Shown here: positions 9,199 to 18,903 of the stretch, piece by piece
How positions within the stretch are numbered: position 1 is the stretch's first letter
Layout: the number at the start of each line of letters is the position of its first letter
DNA from: an uncultured virus (IMG/VR IMGVR_UViG_3300011202_000008)
Lineage: Duplodnaviria; Heunggongvirae; Uroviricota; Caudoviricetes
Virus record (IMG/VR): IMGVR_UViG_3300011202_000008
Direction: 5' to 3' (one strand)
Length of the DNA stretch: 64,000 nucleotides
The notes under the pieces: model-generated
Database searches by the model: none
The model's input: the letters and a program-made list of their open reading frames with translations, nothing else
What the model was told of the DNA's origin: nothing
Made by a program: the position numbers and the translations under genes

Positions 9199-9768
9199 TT
9201 ATTTAATATCTACAATATTTTTAGATAACGACTCGTCAATATTGTAAATATCAGGAGCTTTTATATTTTTTCGTTTAGATTTAAAACTTATTATTGAAGA
9301 TAAAAGTTCTTTCTTTATTTTTATCTCTTTTTTAAAATCTACTAACTCTTTAATCCACATCTTAAAGGCAAAAATTAACGTTAAAAACATACTTCCCATT
9401 ACCACAATACGATTCATTATAGAAAGATTATCATTATCTAAAGGTAAAAATGCTGCATATGAAAATATTACAAGCATTAAAAATTTAAGAAATAACTCTA
9501 TATCAAATGGTTTTGTATCGTCTAATAATTTATTTTCAAATTCTAATGTTAATAATGATTCTATTTGATTATCACTATTAGCGATTAAAACGATTTCTTG
9601 CCCCTCTTTTTCTTTAATATCTATTGATGTTTTAAAAATCTGTCCATCTTCAAGTGTTAAAACTGTTGATGCTTCAAGATTTTTTATGTGATTTTTATTT
9701 TTATCCACACTTTCAGATTCTATATAAAATGTTTCTTTTTTTACAATTTTTTGATGTATTAGCTTCAT
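9199..9768 (-). CDS. Membrane protein, paralogue family A
   Basis: LTLEDGQIF...KEGQEIVL plus 2 TM. Confidence 0.65.
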   Translation of the reverse strand: MKLIHQKIVKKETFYIESESVDKNKNHIKNLEASTVLTLEDGQIFKTSIDIKEKEGQEIVLIANSDNQIESLLTLEFENKLLDDTKPFDIELFLKFLMLVIFSYAAFLPLDNDNLSIMNRIVVMGSMFLTLIFAFKMWIKELVDFKKEIKIKKELLSSIISFKSKRKNIKAPDIYNIDESLSKNIVDIK

Positions 9769-9918
9769 ATAAATTCTTATTCCAATAGTTAAAATGACAT
9801 TGTTATAAATAATAATATATTAGATGCTCAATATCAAAAATAAGTTAGATTAAAATTTTTCTTGTGATTAACCTAACTTATTGTTAAAATATAGTCATTA
9901 TTGAATATTGAGGTTATT

Positions 9919-10611
9919 ATGGAAATCAAAAAGAAGTACCCAAGAACATATCATTTAAGTTTCTCGGAAGCATTGCAATCTGATGACAAACTTATTGAAT
10001 CCCTTGAGGGTTTTATGGGTAAAGAAGTTTCTGTTTCTTTGAAAATGGATGGCGAAAACACAACACTATACCCTGATGAGCAAATGCATGCACGTAGTCT
10101 TGATAGCGCCCATAACTGGACGAGAGACGTTGCTAAACGTATTCACTCTGTTATCCGTCATGATATTCCCGAAGGCCATAGGCTTTGTTGTGAGAACGTT
10201 TATGCTAAACACTCAATCTACTATCCTGACGGATATTTAGAAGGTTATCTATATCTTCTTTCAGTTTGGAATGGTGATACTTGTTTATCTGTCGATGATA
10301 CGAACTTTTATGCTGAAGCATTAGATCTTCCAAGACCTAAAGAGTTATATCGTGGTGAGTTTGATATTGAAGTTCTTAAAAAACTATCTAAGTCACTAGA
10401 CAAGAGTATTGAGGAAGGTTTTGTTGTCCGTGTTACTGATGCTTTTGAATATAAAGATTTTAGTAAGTTTGTTACTAAGTTTGTTCGTGCTGGACATGTT
10501 CAACCTGAAAGTAAACATTGGCTTCAAACAGCAACGCCTAATGGCGAACCTATGCAGCCATGCAAACCTGCTTTTATGGCCTCTAATCCAAGACGTAAAG
10601 TAAAACCTTAA
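9919..10611 (+). CDS. RNA ligase (Rnl2-like nucleotidyltransferase domain)
   Basis: KYPRTYHL, motif I KMDGEN, EGFVVR, KFVR; GAGG RBS before ATG 9919. Confidence 0.85.
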   Translation: MEIKKKYPRTYHLSFSEALQSDDKLIESLEGFMGKEVSVSLKMDGENTTLYPDEQMHARSLDSAHNWTRDVAKRIHSVIRHDIPEGHRLCCENVYAKHSIYYPDGYLEGYLYLLSVWNGDTCLSVDDTNFYAEALDLPRPKELYRGEFDIEVLKKLSKSLDKSIEEGFVVRVTDAFEYKDFSKFVTKFVRAGHVQPESKHWLQTATPNGEPMQPCKPAFMASNPRRKVKP

Positions 10612-10646
10612 AAATAAAAAAGGCTTAGTTAACTAAGCCTTTCTTT

Positions 10647-10976
10647 TTACATTATCATACCAAGAGATGCAAAATCTATTTCTTCTTCTTTTGGTTTTTC
10701 TGGATATAATAATGATAAAATCTGTTGAGAGTAAATAACGTTAAATGTTTTTCCCTGATTTAGTATTTCTCTTTTTATACCTTTAATAAAATCTTCATGT
10801 TCATTCGTACTTTTATATCTATACATTTTATTTTCTATTCTATCCTTTAAATAATGAATAAAATGAGATTCAAAAATGTTTTCTCCGTTTAAGAAAACAA
10901 CGGCCTGATTCGAGTCTTTTTCTGATACTTCAATATATATATTATTTTTTGGCAAATAAACTAACTCTTTTTTCAT
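10647..10976 (-). CDS. Hypothetical protein
   Basis: 109 aa ORF with AAGGA RBS. Confidence 0.6.
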   Translation of the reverse strand: MKKELVYLPKNNIYIEVSEKDSNQAVVFLNGENIFESHFIHYLKDRIENKMYRYKSTNEHEDFIKGIKREILNQGKTFNVIYSQQILSLLYPEKPKEEEIDFASLGMIM

Positions 10977-11066
10977 TTCTTATCCTTTATTTTAATCTTT
11001 TCTGTTTATACTATATTTTTGCCAAAATAAAAGCACCCGAAGGTGCTTTTTTAAAACTTTCGAAAA

Positions 11067-11177
11067 TTAAGATACAAGTGATCTAAGTTTTTCGTGAACT
11101 TTTACAACGGTAGGATGATCACGGAAGAATGCTACAATCAAACCACCTACAACACCACCAACTACTACTCCGATCAT
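11067..11177 (-). CDS. Small membrane protein (36 aa), not in ORF track
   Basis: AGAGAGG RBS; MIGVVVGGVVGGLIVAFFRDHPTVVKVHEKLRSLVS; followed by the terminator hairpin at 11030-11052. Confidence 0.7.
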   Translation of the reverse strand: MIGVVVGGVVGGLIVAFFRDHPTVVKVHEKLRSLVS

Positions 11178-11311
11178 ATAAACCTCTCTTATTAGTTATT
11201 AATTTAAAATATAGACAACCTTTTACAACACAACCATTATAGATTGTTAAATTCAAAAAATCAAGAAAATATTACTTCATATTTTATATTTTTGATTTAT
11301 TTACAAAATAT

Positions 11312-12304
11312 TTAATAACCTAACCTTCTTTTTCTTGTATCTTCAAATTTTAACATCATTTCAGCATCAACAAAGAATCTAGTAGTAAAATCAGCGTCAA
11401 GCTCTTTTCCTTTTTCAGGGTTTTCTTTATAAGCTTTTAATATATTTGTGAAGCTTTCTTTTATTTCTTCGTTACTCATATCATTGAAACGAGATGAGTT
11501 TTGTTTTTCGTCAAAAACATTGCCACCTAAAAGGATAACTAAATCAGATGGAATAGCTTCTTTTACATAGGTGTCAAGATTTTTTGCTTTTACTATAGCT
11601 TCATCGACATAACCATCAGACAACAGATCAGACACATGCTTTAAATGCTTATAATCTTCTTTATCAGACTCTAATAAATGTAGCTTATCTTCATGCATCG
11701 CTGTTTTTTGAAAATCAAGAATATGTTCATTCATAGAATTCAAAACTTTTTTTAACTTACCTAATGTGTCTGCCACATGATATTTTGGAAGATCTTCTGT
11801 TCCATCATAAGCAGATATATCAGATTGATATTGGAAAATTTCAACGTCTTCATCAGGAACAACTTTATAACTTGGATTGTTGACTCTTATTGCCCCTTCA
11901 AACTGTTCAAACTGATTCTTTTTTTCAATAACAACGTGTTCTGGAACAGAGTGAACATTTTCGAAGTTTAACTCCATTTCAATCACTCTTACGGGTATTC
12001 CTTTTTCTTTAGCATAACTAATAAAAGGCTCCATTTCTGAAAGCTTAGTAAACGTATTGCTTACAACGACATTAAAACCTTTATCTAAGGCTTTTTTAGC
12101 TTTTTGTAGACATACATCTTTGGCTTTTTGATGATTAGCGAAATCAAATTTATAGATACCATTACTATCGGTAAAGAAAGCATCATTTTCAAATGATTGA
12201 TATCCGTTTAATTCATATTCATTAGACATTTTTGATTTTCCACTGCCGGGATGTCCCCTAACGATTAGTAATTCTTGTTCTGTTTTGAATCCTAAGTATT
12301 TCAT
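11312..12304 (-). CDS. P-loop kinase (AAA_33/polynucleotide kinase-like) fused to an unknown C-terminal domain
   Basis: VRGHPGSGKS, VVVSNTFT, NVHSVP; likely start MKYLG at 12304 (GAGG RBS). Confidence 0.75.
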   Translation of the reverse strand: MKYLGFKTEQELLIVRGHPGSGKSKMSNEYELNGYQSFENDAFFTDSNGIYKFDFANHQKAKDVCLQKAKKALDKGFNVVVSNTFTKLSEMEPFISYAKEKGIPVRVIEMELNFENVHSVPEHVVIEKKNQFEQFEGAIRVNNPSYKVVPDEDVEIFQYQSDISAYDGTEDLPKYHVADTLGKLKKVLNSMNEHILDFQKTAMHEDKLHLLESDKEDYKHLKHVSDLLSDGYVDEAIVKAKNLDTYVKEAIPSDLVILLGGNVFDEKQNSSRFNDMSNEEIKESFTNILKAYKENPEKGKELDADFTTRFFVDAEMMLKFEDTRKRRLGY

Positions 12305-12387
12305 GTTAAACCCTCTTTTACATTTAATACTCTTATTATAACAATATAGGATTATTATGTATAGAAAATTTATTATTTTATTTATGC

Positions 12388-12515
12388 AAAAATTAAGCCT
12401 CCCGAAGGAGGCTATAAACTTACACAAAAACTAAAATAACTAATAACTATAACAACTACTAAACAGGAGTCTATATCGTATTACTATGCTATTACGGAGA
12501 TTAGCAAGTTATACT
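12388..12515 (-). ncRNA. Putative small RNA
   Basis: TTGACT-17-TAATAT promoter (12550-12522), no ORF, and a cUUCGg terminator hairpin at 12396-12413 with the T tract on the minus strand. Confidence 0.5.
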
Positions 12516-12649
12516 TTATCTATATTATAACTATTATCTGTATAAGTCAATTTATTTTTACGTATAAAAATACAAAAAAAGCTAGAGTTAGATAACGCTA
12601 AATGTTATACTCTTTCTATCAAATGTGATTAACTTCTTGGAGAAATAAT

Positions 12650-13330
12650 ATGTCTTGTTATGAATATGAATACGGTACAATTAAACTATCTACCAAAGAA
12701 TTTTCTCGTGTTCGTCGAGCATTTGCTGAATCTTATAATGCTTGGCTTGATTCAAGTTTTAATAAAGCAGTAGCACTTTATGAACCCATGAAAGAACATG
12801 TTGCTAAAACTAAGAAAAATAAAGATCTTTATAAAGGTTCTAGAAATCCTGTATATTGTATTACTCATGATTTTCTTCAGCAAAGACTTAAAAATGAAGA
12901 TGAAACGACTTACGATAAGATTTTTCAATCTTTGGTTTCTACGAAAACTGTTGATGGTAAAACAAAAACAACGATTGTAAAACCAACTAAAAAATCTTTT
13001 AAGCATGTATCATTGTCCGAGAATGAATATAGTGATTCGGCTACCTATGTTACTTTTACTCCTGATACCAAAGAGTTTAATTGGCGTGTTGAAGAAAACA
13101 ACCATTCAGTAGATCAGGCTTGGATTAATATTCTTGGTAAAACTTTTAAGAAGGTATTTGCTAAAGTAGAATGGACCAGAGGTACGGGTGGTGTATTCTT
13201 CTATAACAGTGAATATAATCGTGAGAATGAAGGTTATGATGGTGCTGGTGGCGATCATGCTTCTCATTACTTTGGTCCTATTGGTGAAAAATATAAACAA
13301 GACCTTCTAAAACCTCGTAGATATCGGTAA
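12650..13330 (+). CDS. Hypothetical protein
   Basis: 226 aa ORF, GGAG RBS, terminator at 13338-13362. Confidence 0.75.
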   Translation: MSCYEYEYGTIKLSTKEFSRVRRAFAESYNAWLDSSFNKAVALYEPMKEHVAKTKKNKDLYKGSRNPVYCITHDFLQQRLKNEDETTYDKIFQSLVSTKTVDGKTKTTIVKPTKKSFKHVSLSENEYSDSATYVTFTPDTKEFNWRVEENNHSVDQAWINILGKTFKKVFAKVEWTRGTGGVFFYNSEYNRENEGYDGAGGDHASHYFGPIGEKYKQDLLKPRRYR

Positions 13331-13428
13331 CAATCTTAAAAAAGGCGCTTAAGCGCCTTTTTCATTTGCCAAAATAACAAAAATTAGGTATATATTCCTT
13401 TATGAATCGATACAAAAGGAATAAGATC

Positions 13429-14118
13429 ATGAATAAAAATATTATCGCAATAGCTTTAATCAGTATAGGTGTTACAGGATGTGCAGCAAATAATAATGCT
13501 AACAACGGAGAACTTCCTGCCAAGTATCAACAAAAAATAAATACAGCAGGAGAACATTTTGGTGATACAGCAGTACCTGCTTATATTGCTTTATTCCCTG
13601 AACATTTAGATAGTAAATATCTCAATAATGATAAAACATTAAACTCTCAAGCAGTTATTAGTGATTTTAGTAAAAATTGGAATACTTATTATAATGGTCA
13701 AGCTGAGTTTATAAATGTTATTTTGAATGTAAATCAAGAAAATAATAAAGAATATAGAAATATAGCGAAAGCAGAAGTAAAAGACTTAAAACTGGATGAA
13801 AATATTTCCCAAGATGTTATCTATAAATCTTGTGCTGGGAATCAATTTGTTCAGCAGTCTTCTGAACAACGTCTTTCATTTTATCAATGCGTATTCCTCA
13901 ATCAGATGTTAAATGCAGATAGAAAAATTATGGTTTCTCAAGTTTATCAGGTTTCAGATATAGAAAAACAGAAAATCATAGATCAGACAAGAGACTTAGC
14001 TGCTACAAGTTATCTTGAAATGATAAAAAACTCATTTAACACTAATAAATGGTATGCTGCTAAACCTGTTTATCCTCATACTAAATATACACATGGAAAG
14101 GATTTAATAATTAGATAA
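13429..14118 (+). CDS. Lipoprotein
   Basis: MNKNIIAIALISIGVTG-C lipobox; AAGGA RBS before ATG 13429. Confidence 0.7.
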   Translation: MNKNIIAIALISIGVTGCAANNNANNGELPAKYQQKINTAGEHFGDTAVPAYIALFPEHLDSKYLNNDKTLNSQAVISDFSKNWNTYYNGQAEFINVILNVNQENNKEYRNIAKAEVKDLKLDENISQDVIYKSCAGNQFVQQSSEQRLSFYQCVFLNQMLNADRKIMVSQVYQVSDIEKQKIIDQTRDLAATSYLEMIKNSFNTNKWYAAKPVYPHTKYTHGKDLIIR

Positions 14119-14194
14119 CTATTTAATTGAAATTTTTATATTCCTTTAAGTATAATATTTACTCTATTTACGATTATTATTTGAGGAATATATT

Positions 14195-14413
14195 ATGAGA
14201 AAAACGATTGTTAGTGTTATATTAGGAACAATACTTTTATCAACAACTGCTTATGCAGCATCTCCAGTAACATTATCGCCACAAGAGCAAAATGTTCAAA
14301 AAGAGATTTTAAAACAACTAAAAATTCAAAATGAAAAATTGGATGAAGTTGTAAAAGAGTTAAAGAAATCTAACGAAGCTCAAGAGCAAAGGTCTCACTT
14401 AGAAAAAGCATAA
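14195..14413 (+). CDS. Small secreted coiled-coil protein
   Basis: Signal peptide ending AYA; GAGG RBS. Confidence 0.65.
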   Translation: MRKTIVSVILGTILLSTTAYAASPVTLSPQEQNVQKEILKQLKIQNEKLDEVVKELKKSNEAQEQRSHLEKA

Positions 14414-14444
14414 AAAAAAGCACCGTAAGGTGCTTTTTCTTTTT

Positions 14445-14627
14445 TTACTCAAACTTATGAATCTCGTATCGCTGAACATTCTCAACAATGACACCATTCA
14501 TTTCATCATCGTGTTTAATTAATGAACCTTCTGAGTTCACTACGATGTTATTATCATACTTTCCCATCAACTTATCCCAAACACGATAAGCCATTTCTTT
14601 CCCAGTTACAACTTTATACTTACTCAT
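14445..14627 (-). CDS. Hypothetical protein
   Basis: AGGAG RBS; shares the bidirectional terminator at 14413-14440. Confidence 0.6.
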   Translation of the reverse strand: MSKYKVVTGKEMAYRVWDKLMGKYDNNIVVNSEGSLIKHDDEMNGVIVENVQRYEIHKFE

Positions 14628-14759
14628 ACTTCTCTCCTTGGCTTTATGTGTTAAGGTCTTTAATATAGCAAACTTTTTTAAGAGTTACAACATTTTTCTT
14701 TATTTAGATTCAATATTTCTATATAATGGTTCTGTTAACTTTTTACTAAGGATTTTCAA

Positions 14760-15590
14760 ATGACATGCAATATTAGGGTTTATTCAGATATACATCAAGA
14801 GTATCAAACAAAAAATAAAGAACTTCCAAAGTTTTTTAAAGATCCTTTTGATATTGCCGTTTATAAAGATGAAAAGCAGCAAACTCTCGTTATTGCTGGA
14901 GATTTGATTTATCTAAAAGATCTCAAAGATATTCGTTATATTCAATATCTTGAAGAATTGGCTAACCGTTTTAAACATGTTATTTATGTTTTTGGAAATC
15001 ATGAATTTTACATGTATAAATTGGGTAAAAACTACATTATCAAGGTTGCTGAAATGTTGTCTCATATTAAAAATCTTCATATCCTTTCAAGGTATACACC
15101 ATCTGTTGTAATAGATGGTGTTAAATTTGTTGGTGCAACATTGTGGACTGATTTTAATCATGAGCCTAAACTTTATCATTTTTATGAAGATACTACAGGT
15201 GATTTTAAATATATAAAATATAATGATGGTCCTTATTTTACTAAATTTAGATCTAATCATTGGGTAAAAGAACACGTTGAAGATTTTACTTGGATAAAAA
15301 ATGAAGTTCAACACTCTACAGAACCTGTTGTTGTTGTATCACACCATGCTCCAACTAGTGTTACTACAGATCCTGTTGATGATCCTAAATCAGAGTATAC
15401 GCAATTTTATACGTCTAATCTGGATGATTTCATAATCCAAAATCCTAATATATTGATGTGGATTCATGGTCATGTTCATTATCCTTTTGATTATAAAATG
15501 GGAACAACTAGAATTTTCTCTAATCCTAAAGATTATCATATTTCTATTGATGACAATCCTGAAAGAAGTTTCATTGAAATAAATCCTTAA
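14760..15590 (+). CDS. Calcineurin-like metallophosphoesterase
   Basis: SDIH, AGD, GNHE, HHAP and HGHVH motifs. Confidence 0.88.
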   Translation: MTCNIRVYSDIHQEYQTKNKELPKFFKDPFDIAVYKDEKQQTLVIAGDLIYLKDLKDIRYIQYLEELANRFKHVIYVFGNHEFYMYKLGKNYIIKVAEMLSHIKNLHILSRYTPSVVIDGVKFVGATLWTDFNHEPKLYHFYEDTTGDFKYIKYNDGPYFTKFRSNHWVKEHVEDFTWIKNEVQHSTEPVVVVSHHAPTSVTTDPVDDPKSEYTQFYTSNLDDFIIQNPNILMWIHGHVHYPFDYKMGTTRIFSNPKDYHISIDDNPERSFIEINP

Positions 15591-15686
15591 ATATAGTGGG
15601 ATTCGTCCCACTATCTATTTTTGACTATAGTATTAATTTTATGATATCTTTTCTACTATATTTTTAATATTAAAAAGGCACATTAC

Positions 15687-16397
15687 ATGATTTTTAGAAA
15701 AACATTGCGTGGAAAACTTATATCCATTGATAAAGTAAATGATAAAAAAGAAATATATACTATTCAAGAAGATAATGGAAAACAATATACTATTATTTTT
15801 GAACATGAAAAAGTAGGAACTTGTTCTGTTGGGGATGAAGTATACCTTGCTTACAATAACACTCCCCTGATAAAAAATAAAAAGGGATTATGGTTAACAA
15901 AAAATATTTACTTAGCTAATAAAAAGGCTAATTCTCCTTATTTTCAATATACACAACCTTTTCTTTATAGAATTATTGCACCATTCATTCTAATGTCATC
16001 TGCTCAGTTCTTTTTAACGCTATATAATGTTATGCCATATTGGTCTATATTTTTATTAACCTTTGTTGGGTTCTTTTTCATTCAGCATTTTCTTGGAAGG
16101 ATTGTTGAAAGAAATAGAGATCGTTTTGTTGTAGAAAAAGCAACTAAAGATTTCTTTAATCAATATGTAGATAAGCAGTTTTCTTTCCAAGAAAAGACGC
16201 TTAATAAGAAAATTGATGAAACACAAAAAACAAAATTACGTGATTCTATAAATAACTTAGATATTTCTGCTACGTTAAAGTTTGAATATATGAGTATTAT
16301 AGATAATAATGATCTACTTATTTCTGATATAAGGAAGATTGAATATTATAGAGAGAAATCTCATGTAGAAAGCATGAGTAATGTAAACTACAATTAA
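15687..16397 (+). CDS. Membrane protein, distant member of family A
   Basis: LRGKLISID...EDNGKQY...VGDEVYL plus 2 TM. Confidence 0.55.
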   Translation: MIFRKTLRGKLISIDKVNDKKEIYTIQEDNGKQYTIIFEHEKVGTCSVGDEVYLAYNNTPLIKNKKGLWLTKNIYLANKKANSPYFQYTQPFLYRIIAPFILMSSAQFFLTLYNVMPYWSIFLLTFVGFFFIQHFLGRIVERNRDRFVVEKATKDFFNQYVDKQFSFQEKTLNKKIDETQKTKLRDSINNLDISATLKFEYMSIIDNNDLLISDIRKIEYYREKSHVESMSNVNYN

Positions 16398-16409
16398 TCA
16401 GAGGATTAT

Positions 16410-17324
16410 ATGATTAAATCAAATACGGCAAAGCATAAACCATTTAAAACAGTGGAAGTTCCATCGCATTATTTTATTCGAGATGCTCAAATTTTTAGTG
16501 AACTTTTTCCTAATAAAAATCATCGTAGTTATGGATTAAATGAAGATATCCAGATTTCTTTGTTTTCAGAGTTTGATAAAAAAATAGCTTTATTGATGTA
16601 TCCTGAATGGAAAAATATTATTATTTATACTAACAAACAAATAAATAGTAGTGAAGGTAAGCAAATTATTAATATTTATTTATTTGATAAAGATGCTATT
16701 GAAAGCTTTGAACCGTATGAAACAATTTCTGGATTACAGAATATAACTCTTAGCAAAGAACATGTTTTTACTGACGAGCAATTAGGTAAAAATAAAGGCT
16801 CTCTTGTTATTTTAAAAAATGGTGAACTACATTTATTTCAAAACAATAGAGAAAAAAATGAATTTATTGAAACATTAGAAAATCCCGTTGTTTTAGATCA
16901 TATTCGTTATTATCAAGTAGGTGAAAAATATCTAATAGATGTGCCAAATCTTATTTTTCATTCTTCTAAAGATTATGTAGAACAGTTTAAAAATCAACCT
17001 GCTAATATTTTTAAAAGTGAAGATGATTTATATTATTTAACTAATTATTATAACGCTACTAATAATATTAAAGATGATCCTTCTAAATATCATTCTGTTG
17101 GTTTATTTGATGTAAAAGATAGTGGAGAAATGTCTCAATCTTATTATTTTATCAATAAAAATTCTGATTGTTTTGAATGTAATTTTAGATATCCGGTTAT
17201 TATTGATTATGAAATAAATGCTTGGATAGTTAAAAAAACCGTTGAAGTCGGATTATTAAAATCAGAAGTTTTATTTTTATTTGAATCTGATAAAGCCATT
17301 TTGGATCTTCCAATTAAAGAATAA
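16410..17324 (+). CDS. Hypothetical protein
   Basis: 304 aa ORF, GAGG RBS. Confidence 0.7.
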   Translation: MIKSNTAKHKPFKTVEVPSHYFIRDAQIFSELFPNKNHRSYGLNEDIQISLFSEFDKKIALLMYPEWKNIIIYTNKQINSSEGKQIINIYLFDKDAIESFEPYETISGLQNITLSKEHVFTDEQLGKNKGSLVILKNGELHLFQNNREKNEFIETLENPVVLDHIRYYQVGEKYLIDVPNLIFHSSKDYVEQFKNQPANIFKSEDDLYYLTNYYNATNNIKDDPSKYHSVGLFDVKDSGEMSQSYYFINKNSDCFECNFRYPVIIDYEINAWIVKKTVEVGLLKSEVLFLFESDKAILDLPIKE

Positions 17325-17349
17325 GCCACTCCGAGTGGCTTATTTATTT

Positions 17350-17886
17350 TTATATTTTTTGTTTAACTTTTTTAACAGGTTCAGGATCATCTAATTCTAC
17401 ACCATATTTATAAGCGAAATTACTTAATCCTTGTTTATTAGAAACAGCGATATTTATACCATCAAGGTTTTCAATATTTTTCACAATCTGTATTCCTACC
17501 ATTTCTTCGTGATATGGATCGTCTTTTAACATTGCTTCTTTAGCTACATTAAAAGCTTTTTCTTTATCTGTTGTTACTAGTATTTTTTTCTTACTTGCTG
17601 ACTCATATTGTTGAGATTCTGTTACAATAAATACTAAATTACTATTTTTTTCTTTTTCTATCTCATCATGAATTATTTTTATTCCATCCATTTTAAAGAA
17701 TCGTAATGTATTATCTTCTTGTGGAACCCCATCAATAAATTCACTTAATACTGCTGACTCTCCATCGGAAAGTTTAGAAAATATTTTTCCTATTCGGCAA
17801 AGGGCTTCATATCTATCAGATGTTTCCATATCAAACATTGGATCTTCATATATTTCTTTTCGTTCTACTAAATATCTTTTTTCCAT
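17350..17886 (-). CDS. Hypothetical protein with basic C-terminal tail
   Basis: AGGAG RBS; ends KKVKQKI. Confidence 0.7.
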   Translation of the reverse strand: MEKRYLVERKEIYEDPMFDMETSDRYEALCRIGKIFSKLSDGESAVLSEFIDGVPQEDNTLRFFKMDGIKIIHDEIEKEKNSNLVFIVTESQQYESASKKKILVTTDKEKAFNVAKEAMLKDDPYHEEMVGIQIVKNIENLDGINIAVSNKQGLSNFAYKYGVELDDPEPVKKVKQKI

Positions 17887-17983
17887 TTTTTACTCCTGTT
17901 TTCATATATCTTAAATTATAACCTATATTTTAAATAAAAAAAATAGCCCTTGAGAGGCTATTTTATTATTTAAACTTTTACTA

Positions 17984-18766
17984 TTAGAAATCAGTAATAT
18001 CAGGTTCAAACCAGTTAACGTTTTTAAGGAACTTATCAGCTCTATATACTTTCCCATCAACAGTTTGCTCTTTAGATGAATAAACTACAAGATATGGTTT
18101 ACCGCTTTCTTGGGCAAGTGGAGATTCTTTACTATAAACTTCTACACCTTTATCTCTATAGAACTTAAGTGTTGCTTCAAGCTCTTCATCATTACGACAT
18201 AACTTACTCATATTGCTATCTGTAACTCTATCTATAAGGAGATCAAGATCATATCCGGGTTTTGCTTTAGATATACATAAAGCTGTTATTTTAGAGTTTA
18301 ATTTATGCATGAATAGGTCAATAAGTTCTACATCTTTATTTTCTATTGACGCTATAAGTTCATCTATCATTGATTTAATTTCTTCATATATTTTTATATA
18401 AAGGACAGTATGACTATAATTCTTTAACTCTTCTGCTAAGCGAGCTGTATACCAATCATGTTTTTTATTAATTGGAATATCTACAAAATGTCCCACACCA
18501 TATAAAAATACAATTAGATCTGCTATAGCATCGAACATTTCTTTACGTCCAGATGCACTCTTAGGTTCTCTTTCTAAAACTGTAAAACCATCATCTCTGA
18601 GTTCATCAAGTTCATCATAAAGATTTCTTGCCTGAGCAACAAGACGACTAACACCCTTATCCGATATGATTTTAGCATCTTTTACTGCTGTTTCTTCTAG
18701 AGCAAGTCCCTTAATGTTGCCAAAAGCTGTATTCATGTCTGATATATTTTGATAAGCATTTTTCAT
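17984..18766 (-). CDS. MazG-like/PRA-PH family nucleotide pyrophosphohydrolase
   Basis: DELDEL, EMFDAIADLIVFLYG and DSNMSK motifs. Confidence 0.75.
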   Translation of the reverse strand: MKNAYQNISDMNTAFGNIKGLALEETAVKDAKIISDKGVSRLVAQARNLYDELDELRDDGFTVLEREPKSASGRKEMFDAIADLIVFLYGVGHFVDIPINKKHDWYTARLAEELKNYSHTVLYIKIYEEIKSMIDELIASIENKDVELIDLFMHKLNSKITALCISKAKPGYDLDLLIDRVTDSNMSKLCRNDEELEATLKFYRDKGVEVYSKESPLAQESGKPYLVVYSSKEQTVDGKVYRADKFLKNVNWFEPDITDF

Positions 18767-18903
18767 TTAATTCTCCTATATTATTTTTATCTAAAAAGTA
18801 TAACGCATTATGACCAAAAATAAAGTCAGATAGCAATTTTATTTCTAGTAAATTACACGTTTTAATGTTAGAATAAGCTACTTTAAAAGATAAGGATACA
18901 ACA

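Noticed and set aside
12305..12427. N-terminal extension of the kinase ORF
   Set aside because: It runs through a terminator and promoter region; the RBS supports a start at 12304.
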